In this document: positions 11,188-23,411 of the stretch, piece after piece
Layout of the letters: the number at the start of each line of letters is the position of its first letter
Numbering within the stretch: position 1 is the stretch's first letter
DNA from: Cyanophora paradoxa CCMP329
Lineage: Eukaryota > Plantae > Glaucophyta
Reading direction: 5' to 3'
Assembly (NCBI GenBank): GCA_004431415.1
Contig: QPMI01000117.1
Location: 124,001-188,000 of the forward strand
DNA length: 64,000 nucleotides
Made by a program: the position numbers and the translations under genes
The notes under the pieces: model-generated
What the model was told of the DNA's origin: nothing
Databases searched by the model: none
Seen by the model: only the letters and a program-made list of their open reading frames with translations

Positions 11188-14100
11188 TCAGACAAGGAAC
11201 GGGGCGCCGCCGCCCTGCGCCTCGCTCCACTTGACGGCGTACTCGTCCCGCGCCTGGCGAACGAAGGGCAGGGTGCGCCTGAGCGACCCGGCGAGAAGGC
11301 GAACGAAGGGCAGGGAACACTCACCGCCGCCTTGATGCGCTCGATGCGCCCCACCCCGCGGTCCGGGTCGACCTGAGCGGGGGTACAGCATTCAACGCGA
11401 AGAAGAGGAATTGAAGCGGAGGCACGAGTCGGATTCGAACCTTCGTGAGGCCCGACCGGGAGACGGACGCCCGCGCGGGTTCGAGCACGGCCGAGTGCTG
11501 TTTCGAGAGGGCGGGTCCCGAGGCGCCCGCCGTCTGGGGCGGCCTGAAGAGGGGTCAGCGATTGCGAGAATCCGGGAGGGCCAACGGGGTACACGATCGC
11601 GAGCGCACAGCTGGGACCAGGCTTGCAAGGCTCCGGCTCCGAGCGGGTCCTGGAAGGGGGCGGGGGGAGGTGCCGCGGATGTTCCGTACGGCAGGGGGGG
11701 CCCCAGGGGCTGGATCTGGGGCGACTGGGCGGCCGACGACGAGGAGGAGCCGTACGGCACCGGCGGGCCCAGCGGCTGCAGCTGGGGGGCGTAGCCCAAG
11801 GAGTAGGGGTACTGGGTCGGGGAGGACAGCTGCAAGGGAGGCAGCGAGTGGCCCCAGGGGGAAGAAGCGTAAAGGCCCCCTATGCCGAAGGGGAAAGAAG
11901 GGGGACCGGGCTGGGGCTGAAGGGGGTACTGGAACGCGGTCGGTGCGCCGTACTGGAACGGCGAGAGGCCGACAGGGTACCCGCTTGAAGGCGGGTACTG
12001 GAGTCCGGCCTGGGCTGGGTACGATGTCGAAAAAGGGTACTGGAAGCCGCCCTGTGGGGGGTACGAGGTCGACTGCGCGTACTGGAGTCCAGCTTGCTGG
12101 GGGTGCGAGTACGAAACGGGAGTGGCGGGCCGGGCCGGATTGGGGAGGGGCAGGAGCTGGGGGAGGGGGGGGAGTGCCGAGAGGGGGGGTAGCGTCTGCG
12201 GCGCGGGCTGCGGGGCGAGCGAGGGGGAGGCGGGGAGCGAAGGCGGATTCGAGGAGCGGGAGGGGGCGGCCGGCGGCAGGGGCGGCGCGACAGAGGGGGG
12301 TACAGAGGACGCCGGGGGTACGGAAGGACGGAAAGAGCCGCCGGAGGCCAGGGGGGGTACGGGGCGGCCGCGGGGCCGGAGGCCGGATTCGGACCGGGGG
12401 AGGGGCTGGTCGGGGGGTACGGAGGCGGGGGCCTGCTGGGCGCCGGGCGGAGAACGCGACTCGGGGTTGCCGTCACGGCGCTGGGGAGGCGTACCCCCAC
12501 TCGACGGCGTGTCGCTCCTCGGGGGGAAGGACAGGGGCGACTGGCCGGGCGCGGGGGCGGCCGCGTACGGGAGGGGTACGCCGCTCGGCGGCGCGGCCGG
12601 GGAGGGGTACGCCTGCGGCTGCCGCGAGACCCCGCTGCCGGAGCTGGAGGGGGTACCGCTCCGCGGGGGCAGGAGCGGCGAAGTCCTACCCCCCGAAGGG
12701 GAAGATGTGGACAGGAGGGAGAGGGCGAGTCCCCGGGCGAGGGCCTGGCAGTTGGGCCCGTCAGATTCGGGAGGGGGGTACGCGAGAAAAAGGAAGGACG
12801 GGCGAGGCGGTCCGGCCCGCACCTCGTCGTCGTCGATGAGGGGCTGGAGGTGTTCGGGGTACGCTGTTTGGAGGGAGAGCCCGCGACGCGGCGAGACGGG
12901 CGCCGCATGCCGCTCGCCGGCGACGGGCAGCGCCGCGGCCGAGGCGGGCTGCGGGGCCCGCAGCCTCCTCAGGCTCCCGCCCGACTGCAGTTGTCCGTGT
13001 CCCCCCGCCTGCGAGGGGGTACGCGGTTCGAATCGGACCGGTGCCAGAGTCGCCGCTGAGCGCGGAAGGGGAAGGGGGGTACCGCCGCTTCGAAGTCGCT
13101 CAGCACTGGCGCGGCGGCGGAGGTGCCGGGGCGGGGCGAGGGCGCCAGAACCCGACGCGTCTGCAAAGGCGACGAAGAGAGCGAGTGAGCACGGCGCTGT
13201 CTTCCTTTGCTCAGAGTCAAGGAGATGCGAGAGAGCACCAGGAGGGCCGAGGCGCCCTCGCCGCCGCCCGAGGGCGAGCCGCCACCGCCGCCGGCCGCCT
13301 CGCCGGCCCCGCCCAAGGAAGGAGAAGAAGACGAAGAAGCGGACGGGGCGATGACGAGCGTGCCGACGCCGCGCCGCATGCTCCGCGAGAGCGGCGGAGC
13401 CGCCCTAAGCTCGCCGGAGCGGGGCTTGGAGGGCGGGGGCCCCTCGCCCTCGGAGGAGGTCGGGCGGTCGTGGACGGCGACGCTGAGCGTCCGCCGGGTG
13501 CTCCGAGAGGCGCCCCGCAGGTCCGACAGCGACGGCTGCGGGTGGTGCTCAGGTGAGGGGCGCGGAGGAACGATCGTCTCTTCGGAGGAGGAGGAGGAGG
13601 AGGAGGAGGAGGAACGTTCGCTCGCTCACCCGGTGGAGCCTCTCGTCGGCGTCGGAGAGGGCGGAGGCGGGGGCGGGGGCGGGGGCGGTGGCGGTAAGGG
13701 CGCCGAGGCCCCCGGGGGCGCGCAGGCGGACCGAGCCGCTGCGCAGCGACGCGCTCGTCGCGCTCCGGCGCAGCGCCGGGCCCTGCGCGGGCGGGCGGGC
13801 GCAGAGCCGAGGCTGTTTAGGCGCGCAACGGGCTCGGGGGCGGCTGGGGGTGGGCGGCACCGTCGGCGCGTCGCTCGAATCATCGTCGCTGTTGCTGCGG
13901 GTTGGAGGATCGACGGTCAACTCAGGGCTCACAAATCAAACAGAGGGGAAAGGAAACGTGTCTCGCCTGCTGGAGCCGCCCCACTCGCTCGCGGCCCCAC
14001 CGCTTTGCGCTCTGCGGTCACCCCACCCGCCGCCGTCGTCGGCGCGGGGCGCGGGCCCCCGCCAGGTCGCCGCCCCCTGCGCGCGCTCCAGGAATAAGGA

Positions 14101-17100
14101 AGGAATGCGGGGAGAGGAGCGAGATGGGGGCACCGCGCTGCGGGCGGCGGCGCTGCCGCGTGCGGTGAGGGCGCCGCCGCCCCCCGCGATGCTCCGTGCC
14201 GTCATCGATCCCCCCGCGGTCTCCCGCGCCGTCGTACCCCCCTTGTTCTTGAAGCTCCGCACGGACTGGAACGACTTGTTTCGCCCCTGCGCGCGCCCCG
14301 TTGCTTGCCCCGTTCTTGTTCTAACCGCCCCTGCGGGGGCGGCGGCGCACCAGCGCCGCCTCCTCGCCGCTCTTGGCGGCCGCCTCGGCCAGCTGCCCCG
14401 GCGCGAAGCTCAGGCCCGGCCGCTTCGAAGGCCCCCCCGCCGACGCTGCCGACCCCGCCGACGCCGCCGGCTCCAGGGCGCCGCCCTGCAGCAGGCCCCG
14501 GCCAAGTCGGTTCGCGCCCAAGAAAGACGCAAAGAGATCAAATCGCATCGCGTAGGGTCGAACGCACGCGTCGGTCCTTGTGCTCGAGGACGACTCGGAT
14601 GGCGCGGCGCCACCGCTGCTTCGCCGTGATCTGCCGCCCAGCCCGGCTCAGATCAGCTCATCTCAGATCTGATATGATACTATATGATCTGATCTGATCT
14701 GATCTGACCTTGGGGAGGGGCAGCCCGGCGGCGAGCATGCGGCGCTCCAGCTCCCGCCGCTCGTGGTCCTCCGAGCTCTACCCCCCCGCCCCCCGCCCCC
14801 CCGCCCCTTCTTAGCTGGGCCGGGCGCAGGGCGGCCGCGGGGCGGAGCGGGGGCGGTGCGGGGCGGGGCAGGCACAGTTAAGTAGACCCAGATCGTTATT
14901 GTTAGAGGTTATTAGAAGCTATTAGAAGCCATTAGAAGCTATTAGAAGCTATTAGAAGAAGTATCTTATGGGAGGCCTTCTCCAGTATCTTATGCGTCTA
15001 GAAGCCTGATCTCTTGAGGGTCGTATTTAGAGCCTAATCCTCTTAAGGCGGACGAGGGGCGGGGGCGGGGCGGACGAGGCGGAGGCCGCCCCAGTGGGCG
15101 AGTGCGTTCTTCAGGAGCTCCCGCGCCCGCTCCGGGAACACCGCCTGGGGGGAAGAAGGGCGGCCCGAAGCTCAGAGCTCAAGAGCGGCCCGAAAGGTCC
15201 TCCTAGGAGGAGGAATTCGAACGACGAATTCGCGTACCCGGGTGGCGACCTCGAAGAGCTCGCGCTCCTCCTCGTCCTGGCTCCGCGCGTACGCCTGCCC
15301 GAAAAAGTACGTGTGCATGTGAGTCCCCGAGAGGTTTGGCGGCTGGCTTGGGGGGCGAGCGGGGGGGGGGGGGGGGGGGGGTATAATTACCGGGTCGGTG
15401 TAGACCATGAGGAGGCGCCCCGCGCGCTGCACCTCCGGCCGGTCCTTGCACACCGCTGCCGGAACGGATCGGCTCGACGAAGGAAGCGTAGGCGTGGGAG
15501 GGAGGGAGAGGGGGGCGCGCGCACGAGAGGAGACGAGGTTCGCGAGGCAGATCGCCGCGCAGCGCTGCGGGGTCGGCTTAGCCCGGGCGGAACGGGGCGG
15601 GGCGAAAGCGCGGCGGGGCGGCCCGCAAGGGCGAGGGTGGGAGGGGGCTCAAGACAGGGGTAGGGAGGCGGGGCTGCTTCAGGCGGGGCGGGGCGGGGCG
15701 CGGCTGACAGACCGCCCGCTCTTCTCCCCTCCCCTACCCTCCTAGCCCGCGCCGCGCCGCCCGCCCCGCTCGAAGGCAGAATCTCATTCGAATCCCCCCC
15801 GGACCTTGGCGGCGGGGTCGTCCTCAATCGGGTCGTGCGCCGCGTCCGCCAGCGCCGTGAGGTGCTTCAGGAGCTCCTCGTGCGACGCCGCTGGAGGGGG
15901 GGTACGAGCCTCAGGGGAGGCGGTGGGGGGGGAGTAGGGGGGTAGAGGTCGCACTGAGGGGCGAGAAGCGCGAGAGAACTCGCAGCGCATCCCGCTTCAC
16001 CGCGCCGCTGCGGTGGGAGGGGGTACGGGGATCAGCGGCGCAGGGTGGTGAGGGTACGGAGAGGCGCGCCTGGACGCGAGGAGGGGGATGAGGGACTTCA
16101 TGTACCCCATCTCCAGGAGCCGCCTCCGCAGCTCCACTGCGGCGGGGGTAAGCGTAAGACAGGGGGGTCCGGTATCGGGGGGTACGGGGGCGCACCGGCG
16201 TTCTGAAGTCCGATGACGCACGCAAGACCTTGGAGCTGCGGGGGTACGTGTTCGGACCGGGTGGAGGGGGGAGTGCACGCTCGCGGGGCGCGCGGGGGGT
16301 ACACCTTCAGGTCAACGAGAGGGTGCTTGCATAGGTCCTTTACGACCGGCAGGCCCCCCGCCGCCTCGATCGCGCGGTGGTTCTCGGGAAACTGGGGTGC
16401 GCGTCGCCCGGCGGAAGTGGAGGAAGTGCCCGGGGGGTACGCCGCACCGAGCAGCAGGCGGCCAAGCAGACGGCGGGGCCGATGCTGTACGCGTTTTTGC
16501 GGTACGGATCCTTTAGATCCGTGAGGACGATCTGCAGGGGGGTACGCTTTTGAGAGTGGGGCTACGGTGCCGCTTTGAATGGCGCACGTCGAGGAGCCCG
16601 AGAGTCGCCGTCCATTTGACGTTTACCGCTTCTGCGAAGGGGGGTACGTGAGTTCGATGCATTCGGAAAAGGCGGGGGGTACGCCGCGCACTGCATGCCG
16701 CCGCGCCAGAGAGGATGCGGTATCCCGTCTTATCCTCCTCGACGTCGTCCGTGGCGCCCTGTACCCCCGATCGATCGCGGGTACCGGGTAGGGTGGAACG
16801 GAGTGCGCACGATCATCGTGCGGATCTCGAGGGGGGTAGCGATTTCCGCTAGCGACATGGCCCCCTCCGCTGCGGGACGGTTACGGCATTACGGCTACGA
16901 CGCGCGGATCAGAAGGAGGCTCCAGAGGCGCACGGCACTCGTCGACAACTGGCCGAGAAGGAGTGAGGGGGGAACAAACAGAAGGGGGTACAGGCGGCGC
17001 ACGGTTCGCGAGGGTGCTGAAGGCGCGCAGGCGCCCCGGGCCCGACTTCTGCTGCTTCTTGAGCACGCCCATCAGCATCGGCACGGCCCCCGCGTGGACC

Positions 17101-17798
17101 AGCGACGGCCGCGCGAACTCTGAGGGGCGCGGGATCGATGCCGCGGAGGGCGGGCGGGCGGGCGGACGGGCGAGAAGGGCGGGAAACGGGTTCAAAAACG
17201 GCGCGCACGGTTCCCGGAGAGCACGAAGATGCGCTGGAGTGCCTCACCCACCGTCGTCGGCTCTCCCCACGTCAGCTCCTTCACCTGCGCGGCCCCGGTC
17301 CCGGTCACGCGAGGCGGAGCCGCATCGCCGCTCCGCTCCGCTCCGCCTGGCGCACTGATTTGATGTCTTTCATGATGCCGGGCCGCTTCTCCGCCACCTG
17401 GGGCCGCGTGAGCGCGACGCTGGGACGAGCGAACGCTTGCTGAGAGAGGAGAGAGAGCGCGCGCCTTGTGGAACTCTCCCTCGATGCGCCCGAGGAGGCC
17501 GAGCCAGCCCGTGCCGACCTTCTTCCGCTGCAGGGCGTCCAACGCGTACGCCGGCGCGGTGGAGCCCCGGCCCGCCGCCGCCATTTCCAGTGCGCGGCGG
17601 AACAACGCGCGGCGGAGGCGCAGGCTGCGGGAACGCGCGGTGAGGCCGAGAGCGACACCCGGTGTCGTGACGTGGCCGGGACGCGGAGCAGGCGCGGGTC
17701 GCGCACCGGCCCCACGCCTGCTGGATGCGCTTCGCTGCCGCATCCTGCTTTGCTGCCTCCTCCTCCTCCAGCTGCCGCCGCGACTTCGCGGAAGACAT
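11188..17798 (-). CDS. Large multi-exon protein: IQ-like motif, ARM-repeat-like region, long Pro/Ser/Gln/Tyr low-complexity C-terminus (possibly two genes)
   Basis: ATG 17798: MSSAKSRRQLEEEEAAKQDAAAKRIQQAWGR (IQ-like). ARM-like exons EFARPSLVHAGAVPMLMGVLKK and LRRRLLEMGYMKSLIPLL. Pro-rich ORF 11392-12822. Last exon ARDEYAVKWSEAQGGGAPFLV* ends at 11188. Confidence 0.55.
14640..14960. repeat. Intronic simple repeats (GATCT)n and (ATTAGAAGCT)n
   Basis: gatctgatctgatctgatct around 14685-14706. attagaagc(t/c) about 4.5 copies at 14911-14960. Confidence 0.85.
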
Positions 17799-18223
17799 AA
17801 CGCTTGGCGGCCGAGCTCCTCGAGCTCAAGGCCGCGCCAAGTGAGTTCCTCCTCGATGCTGACGCAAGCGGGCCTGGCAAGCGCGCTGTAGCCACTGTAG
17901 CCGCTCCAGACTAGAGGAAGGTCGATTCCCGCTAGCGGCTGCGAGAAGCGCCGGCCGCGGGCGCCGCCGCCGGCGTGTGCCCTTCTTTGGAACTAGCTGC
18001 GTTGGAGCTTCTGGAGGCAGACGGCCGCAGACCACGGCGGCCCCGCACGACGCCCCATTCACCTAGGACTTAGGAGCGTCTGTAGCCGTGTCCTAAACGC
18101 CAGCGACCACTTGGCCTCCAATTTGCATCGATCGCCCAAGCGGCCACAGGTTGCGAAGTCAAGGGGTACCGGTACATTCGCAGGCGCTACCCGCTTTACG
18201 CCGAGTTTACGGGCGCCATCCGC

Positions 18224-18908
18224 ATGCCGCCGAAGCCCGCCGCGACCCTGGCAGCCGCAGTGCCGTCGCCCGACTCGCCGCCCGTCGACCTCGGCGACCT
18301 GGACGACCTGATAGACGACCGCCTCCGGGACGATCTGAAGCGCGTGCTCGACGAGCGCGACAAGGCGCAGGAGAAGCTCGCCAAGTTGTGAGCTCGTCGC
18401 CGCCGGCCCGCGCGCGGCCCCGCTGTGCGAGCTAAGCGCGGCCGCAGCGGCGACCTGCGCGAGACGCTGGAGACGATCCGCACGCACAAGCTGAAGAAAC
18501 TGAACCACACCGTCAGCCTCTCCTCCGAGTTCATCGTGCAGGCGGAGATGTGCGCCGACCGCCGCGGCCGCCGCGCCCCACGCTCACGAGCGCCGCGGCG
18601 GCGGGCTGCAGACCCGACACGCAGTACGTGTACGTGGACGCGGGCCTCGGATTCCACGTCCAGTTTACTGTGGAGGAGGCCCTCTCGTTCATCGAAGTCC
18701 GGAGGAAGGGCCTCGAGACGTGAGCGCGCCGCCGCGACCGGGCCCCCGCGAGCACGCTGACGCCGCACGCAGCGCGATCGAGGCGCTCTCGTCGAGGGCG
18801 GTGAGCCTCCGGACAGACATCGGCACGGTGCTGCAGCTCTTCCATGGGCTGGCGCAGGCCCGCTCGAGCTCGAGGCCGCAGCAGCAGAAGGTCACCGCCC
18901 CGCCGTAG
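18224..18908 (+). CDS. UXT: UXT-like prefoldin alpha subunit
   Basis: Four exons splice to LIDDRLRDDLKRVLDERDKAQEKLAKF-GDLRETLETIRTHKLKKLNHTVSLSSEFIVQAEI-PDTQYVYVDAGLGFHVQFTVEEALSFIEVRRKGLE. This matches the UXT pattern (VPDT.RIYV.LG.GFFLE.TL.EAL.FI). Confidence 0.9.
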
Positions 18909-19271
18909 CAGCAGGCGCAGGCAGCTCCAGCCGAGCTTCTAGATCAGGTCCCCAGAGTTCTAGGTCAGGCAGGCCGGCGGTGTAGCTAGCTATAGTATGT
19001 GCTGTTAGTTCGGAGTCTAGATCTAGCCGTGGATTTACAGTTGGGCAGTGCTCCGAGGCGTAGCTATAGACTCTCTCTTCATGCGTCCCAGGCCCTCCCT
19101 CGCATTTGCTGGGTCTCGGGTGCTCGCTGCGCAGTCCGCGGCGAGCGCTGCCTTGGCTGGGGCCCTGAGGAGCGTCCGGGACCGCACAACCCCCGGGCCG
19201 CCCCGAAAGAGTGCCGCGGCGACGCAGTGCCGATGCAACAAAACAGCCGCCTAAGACGCGCCTCTGCCGGC

Positions 19272-20645
19272 CTAGAAGAACGTGATGCCCTTCGTGCCTC
19301 CCTCGGAGGCCTCATAGTCCAGGTCACGCGTCTCCTGGGCCTGCGGGGAAGGATCTATCTGAGAGGGGTACGGGAAATGCCGGAGCGGGGTACGGCACCT
19401 CCTCGGCGATGGTTGGCGCCCGCATGTTCGCCTCGACCTGCCGCCAGTTGACGACCTTCCACCACGCGTCCACGTATTTCTGGGTACGAGATCAGCGGAG
19501 CGGGGGGGGGAGGGCCAGCGCGCGCGGCACCGTACCCTGCGGTCCATCCCGTGGTCGAGGTAGTAGCCTGGGCGGCGGGGGGGCGGGGAGGGAGGGATGG
19601 GGAGAAATGAGTCGGGAGGGGTACGGGGTGGCACAGGAGGAGGAGGGCGGGGGCGGGGATGGGCGCACTGTGCTCCCACATGTCGATGCAGAGGAGCGGC
19701 CGCACTCGCTTCTGGAGGAGCACCAGCGGCGAGTTGGCGTTCGAGAAGGAAACGATCCGCAGGTGCCCGTTGTCCTCGATGAGCCTGCGCGGCGCGCGCG
19801 GCGTCAGCGGCGGCCGCACGCGTTCGCAGCTGGGGCGGCGGGCGGGGCGGCGGGCGGGGCGGCGGCTGCCGGAGGCGGGAGGGACGCGCGCACCAGGTCC
19901 AGCCGCTGCCGAAGACGACGCACGCGTTCTGCGTGAACTGCGCGGGCGGGCGGGGCGCGTCAGCGCGGGGCGGGGCACGCGAACCGCGCTTCGCGGCGCG
20001 GACCTTCGCCTTGAAGTCATCGACGCTGCCAAAGTACTGTGTAATGCGCTTGCGAAGCTCCGGGCTCATTTCCGAACCCGAAGGCTTCATACACCTGAAG
20101 AAGAACTCGTGGCTCCAGACCTGCGCGGCGGAGCGGCACGGCGGATGAGCGGCGAGCCGGGCCGTGAGCGGGCAGTGTGCCGCCCCTGCGTACCGCTCCG
20201 GCGTGGTTGAAGACGGCGCCGTAGTCCGCGTTCCCCGCCGTTGCCATCACGATCTTCTCTGGCTCCTGAAACTTAATGGGGGCGAGGCTGGAGTCTGCGA
20301 CGTGCGTCGGCGGGCGGCGACGCCTTCGAATGCGATGCAGGCACCGCGCTCGAGCAGCTTGTGGAGCTTCTCGACGTGCTGCTTGTAGTGGCCCTCATAG
20401 TGCAGCTTCAGCGCCTTCGGCGAGATAGCTGGCAGCAGGCCCTGTTCTATGCTGTAAAGGAGAGGCTGTGGCCGATCGAAGATCGCCGCCGGATTCTTCA
20501 GGAGGCGGCGGGGGGCGACCCACGCGAGGACCTGCCGCGACACCGCGCGTGAGCGTTGGACGCGTTCGGAGCGACGTGAGGCACCCACCGCGTCGGCCCG
20601 CGCGCGCTGCGCGGCGTGACTAGCGATGGAGGCCCGCGCCAGCAT
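19272..20645 (-). CDS. Fe/Mn superoxide dismutase family protein with organellar-type presequence (divergent active site)
   Basis: Spliced motifs LHYEGHYKQHV, FNHAGAVWSHEFFF, FGSVDDFK, FGSGWTWL, NANSP, PLLCIDMWEHSYYLDH and YVDAWWKVVNW. Arg/Ala-rich N-terminus MLARASIASHAAQRARA. Confidence 0.92.
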
Positions 20646-20745
20646 TTTTGCGTAGCCCCTCCGGCCCTGAGCGAGCGTACCCCAACAAGCGCGCCAGGCT
20701 CGCCGCCAGCGCCGACTACGAGCCGACGCGCCGGCGCCGCAAGCG
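20646..20745. promoter_or_regulatory. Probable bidirectional promoter (SOD-like / BSDC1)
   Basis: Only 100 bp separate the divergent ATGs at 20645 (-) and 20746 (+). Confidence 0.6.
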
Positions 20746-23411
20746 ATGTGGTCAGGACTCTGGGATTCGGTGAAGGCGAAGGCGAGTCGCGCCCCTCCCG
20801 CTCGAAGACCGAACGCGGCCCACGCGCCTGCATCGTCTTCCGCGCTCACACCGAGCGCTTTTCGCAGTCCGAGAGCATTATCGCCACCGTCTCGAAAGAT
20901 TTGCAGGAGTTTGCGACGGTAGTAGAGAAGGATGCGTTGACAGTGGCCGACAAGGCAGCAGAGAAGGCAAAGGAGGTTGCGGAGAAGGCGCGGGAGGTTG
21001 CCGAGATTGCGCAGGCGTCTGCCGAAGGCGCCAGCTCGTCCGCGGACCCCAGGAGCCTGCTCGTCGCAGAGGACCTGGCTGGGATGGCGCTCGTCGGCCG
21101 GGGAACCCCTGCAGACGACGAGGGCGTCGCAGATGACAGCGAGGACCCCACTGTGGCGCAGCTTAAGCAGCGAGGCGCAGCAGCGGTGCAGGAGGCGACC
21201 ACCCAGTTCCTGGACGGCCTGGACAAGATTGAGAACGGCCTTGGCAAGCTGGAAGACACGCTTGAGGCTGGCATAGGCTCCTTCTTGTCCGGGTGTGCCT
21301 TGCGCTTCTCTCCGGGGCGCAGGCGCAGCGATCGTCCGCAAACTCACCGTCCGCGCGCGCGTGGCAGTGCCGGGAACCTGCTCAAGGGAGCCGTAAAGCT
21401 TACAGCACCCGCCCGGCCCATTCTCCGTCGCCCCGTCCCCGCGCGGGCCCCGGCGGAGAAGCCCCAAGCGTGCGTCGCGCCCGCCGACGCGGCCCAGCGC
21501 CCCTGCTCACGCGCCTCGCAGGATGAGCCGCCAGCAGCAGCGCCTGGTCGAGCTGCAGGCCGATCAGACCACCTATACGGACGATCCGAAGGCGCGGCCT
21601 GCGCCGCGACCGCTGCTGCGCCGCCGCGCGCCGCTGACGGCGCTGGGCGCGCAGGAGGCTGAGGAGTACCAGGCGTGGTGCGCCCAGTTCGACGTCTCGG
21701 CGAAGACAGAAGAGATCGACGCGCTCCTGAAGGCGAACCCGGACATGAGCGCGCTGCACACCCGCATCGGTCCGCTCGTCCTGGGGCGCGCCTTCCTTCT
21801 TTGCTAAGCGGGCGCCCAGTCCCCAGCGTGGTGCCGTACAAGGCCTTCTGGGAGCGCTACTTCTTCCGCGTCGAACAGATCAAGAAGGAGGAGGAGCGGC
21901 GCGCCGCCATCGTGAACCGTGCGCCGCGCTGCTCTCCGCTCCCCGCTCGGCTTCGTTCCGAGCGGCTCCTGCGCAGGGACGAAGGCTGCGGAAGAGGAGG
22001 ACTTTTCGTGGGATATGGACGACGAGGAGGAAGAGGGACAGGAGAAAGAGAAGGACGAGGGCGCCGTAGGTTCGGATCCCCGCGCCCTTGGCGCCGCGGA
22101 GCTTCTTTTCTGATCGGCTCCGCAGCTGCAGCGGACAAGAAGGAAGAGGCGAATGACGCGGGCGACGGCTGGGGCGAGGAGAGCGTCGATCTGGGGGAGG
22201 CCGCCCCCAAGGCCGAGGTGCGCTGGCACCCACCGCGCTCCAGGCCACTGCGGCCACTCTGACTTCGCAAACAGGGCGAACCGGCGGCGGCGGCTGAGGC
22301 CGCGCGCAAGGCGGAAGAAGAAGCGAAGGCGCGGGCGGCGGCGGAGGAGGCCGCGCGCAAGGCGGAGGAGGAAGCGAAGGCGCGGGCGGCGGTCGAGGAG
22401 GAGGCGCGGGCGAGGGCTGCGGCGGAGGAGTCCGCGCGCAAGGCGGAGGAGGAAGCGAAGGCGCGGGCGGCGGCCGAGGAGGAGGCGCGGGCGAGGGCTG
22501 CGGCGGAGGAGTCCGCGCGCAAGGCGGAGGAGGAAGCGAAGGCGCGGGCGGCGGCCGAGGAGGAGGCGCGGGCGAGGGCTGCGGCGGAGGAGTCCGCGCG
22601 CAAGGCGGAGGAGGAAGCGAAGGCGCGGGCGGCGGCTGAGGAGGAGGCGCGGGCGAGGGCTGTGGCGGAGGAGTCCGCGCGCAAGGCGGAGGAGGAAGCG
22701 AAGGCGCGGGCGGCGGCTGAGGAGGAGGCGCGGGCGAGGGCTGCGGCGGAGGAGGCCGCGCGCAAAGCGGAGGAGGAAGCGAAGGCGCGAGCGGCGGCCG
22801 AGGAGGAGGCGCGGGCGAGGGCTGCGGCGGAGGAGGCCGCGCGCAAGGCGGAGGAGGAAGCGAAGGCGCGGGCGGCGGCTGAGGAGGAGGCGCGGGCGAG
22901 GGCTGCGGCGGAGGAGGCCGCGCGCAAGGCGGAGGAGGAAGCGAAGGCGCGGGCGGCGGCTGAGGAGGAGGCGCGGGCGAGGGCTGCGGCGGAGGAGGCT
23001 GCGCGCAAGGCGGAGGAGGAAGCGAAGGCGCGGGCGGCGGCAGAAGAGGCGAGGAGGAAACAGGAGGCAGAGGCGGCAGCCGCGGTGAGTTTCCTGATGC
23101 GCCGCCCGTGCAGCCGGGCTCCGCCCTGACCCGTCCGGGCAGCAGGAGGCGAAGGCTCGAGCGGCGTCGATGAGCCCCGCGCTGACGGAGGGCGCGAGCT
23201 CATGGGTCGAGGTCGAGGCCGGCTCCTCCGAGGCGGCAGCGGCCCCCGCCGCCTCCGCCGCGGCGGCGTCGACGCCCGAGCCGGCGGCGACACCCGATGC
23301 GCCGAAGGACGACGAGGCGAAGGCGGTGCGCGGTTTGCTTTCAGCCCTCGCCCAGTCGCGCCGGCTCACGTTCCTGTTCCGCAGGAGGACGACTGGGGCT
23401 CGTGGGAATGA
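20746..23411 (+). CDS. BSDC1: BSD domain-containing protein 1 homolog
   Basis: MWSGLWDSVKAK|SESIIATVSKDLQEFATVV; RLVELQADQTTYTDDP; FDVSAKTEEIDALLKANPDMSALHTRI|VPSVVPYKAFWERYFFRV (BSD FWxRYF motif). C-terminus EDDWGSWE*. Confidence 0.9.
22300..23050 (+). repeat. Coding 81-bp tandem repeat (27 aa ARKAEEEAKARAAAEEEARARAAAEE[S/A])
   Basis: Unit start gcgcgcaa recurs every 81 bp from 22353 to 23001, giving 8 full units plus partials. Confidence 0.95.

Noticed and set aside
21804-23369. Long antisense and alternate-frame ORFs (521, 478 and 311 aa)
   Set aside because: These are shadows of the GC-rich coding repeat in BSDC1.
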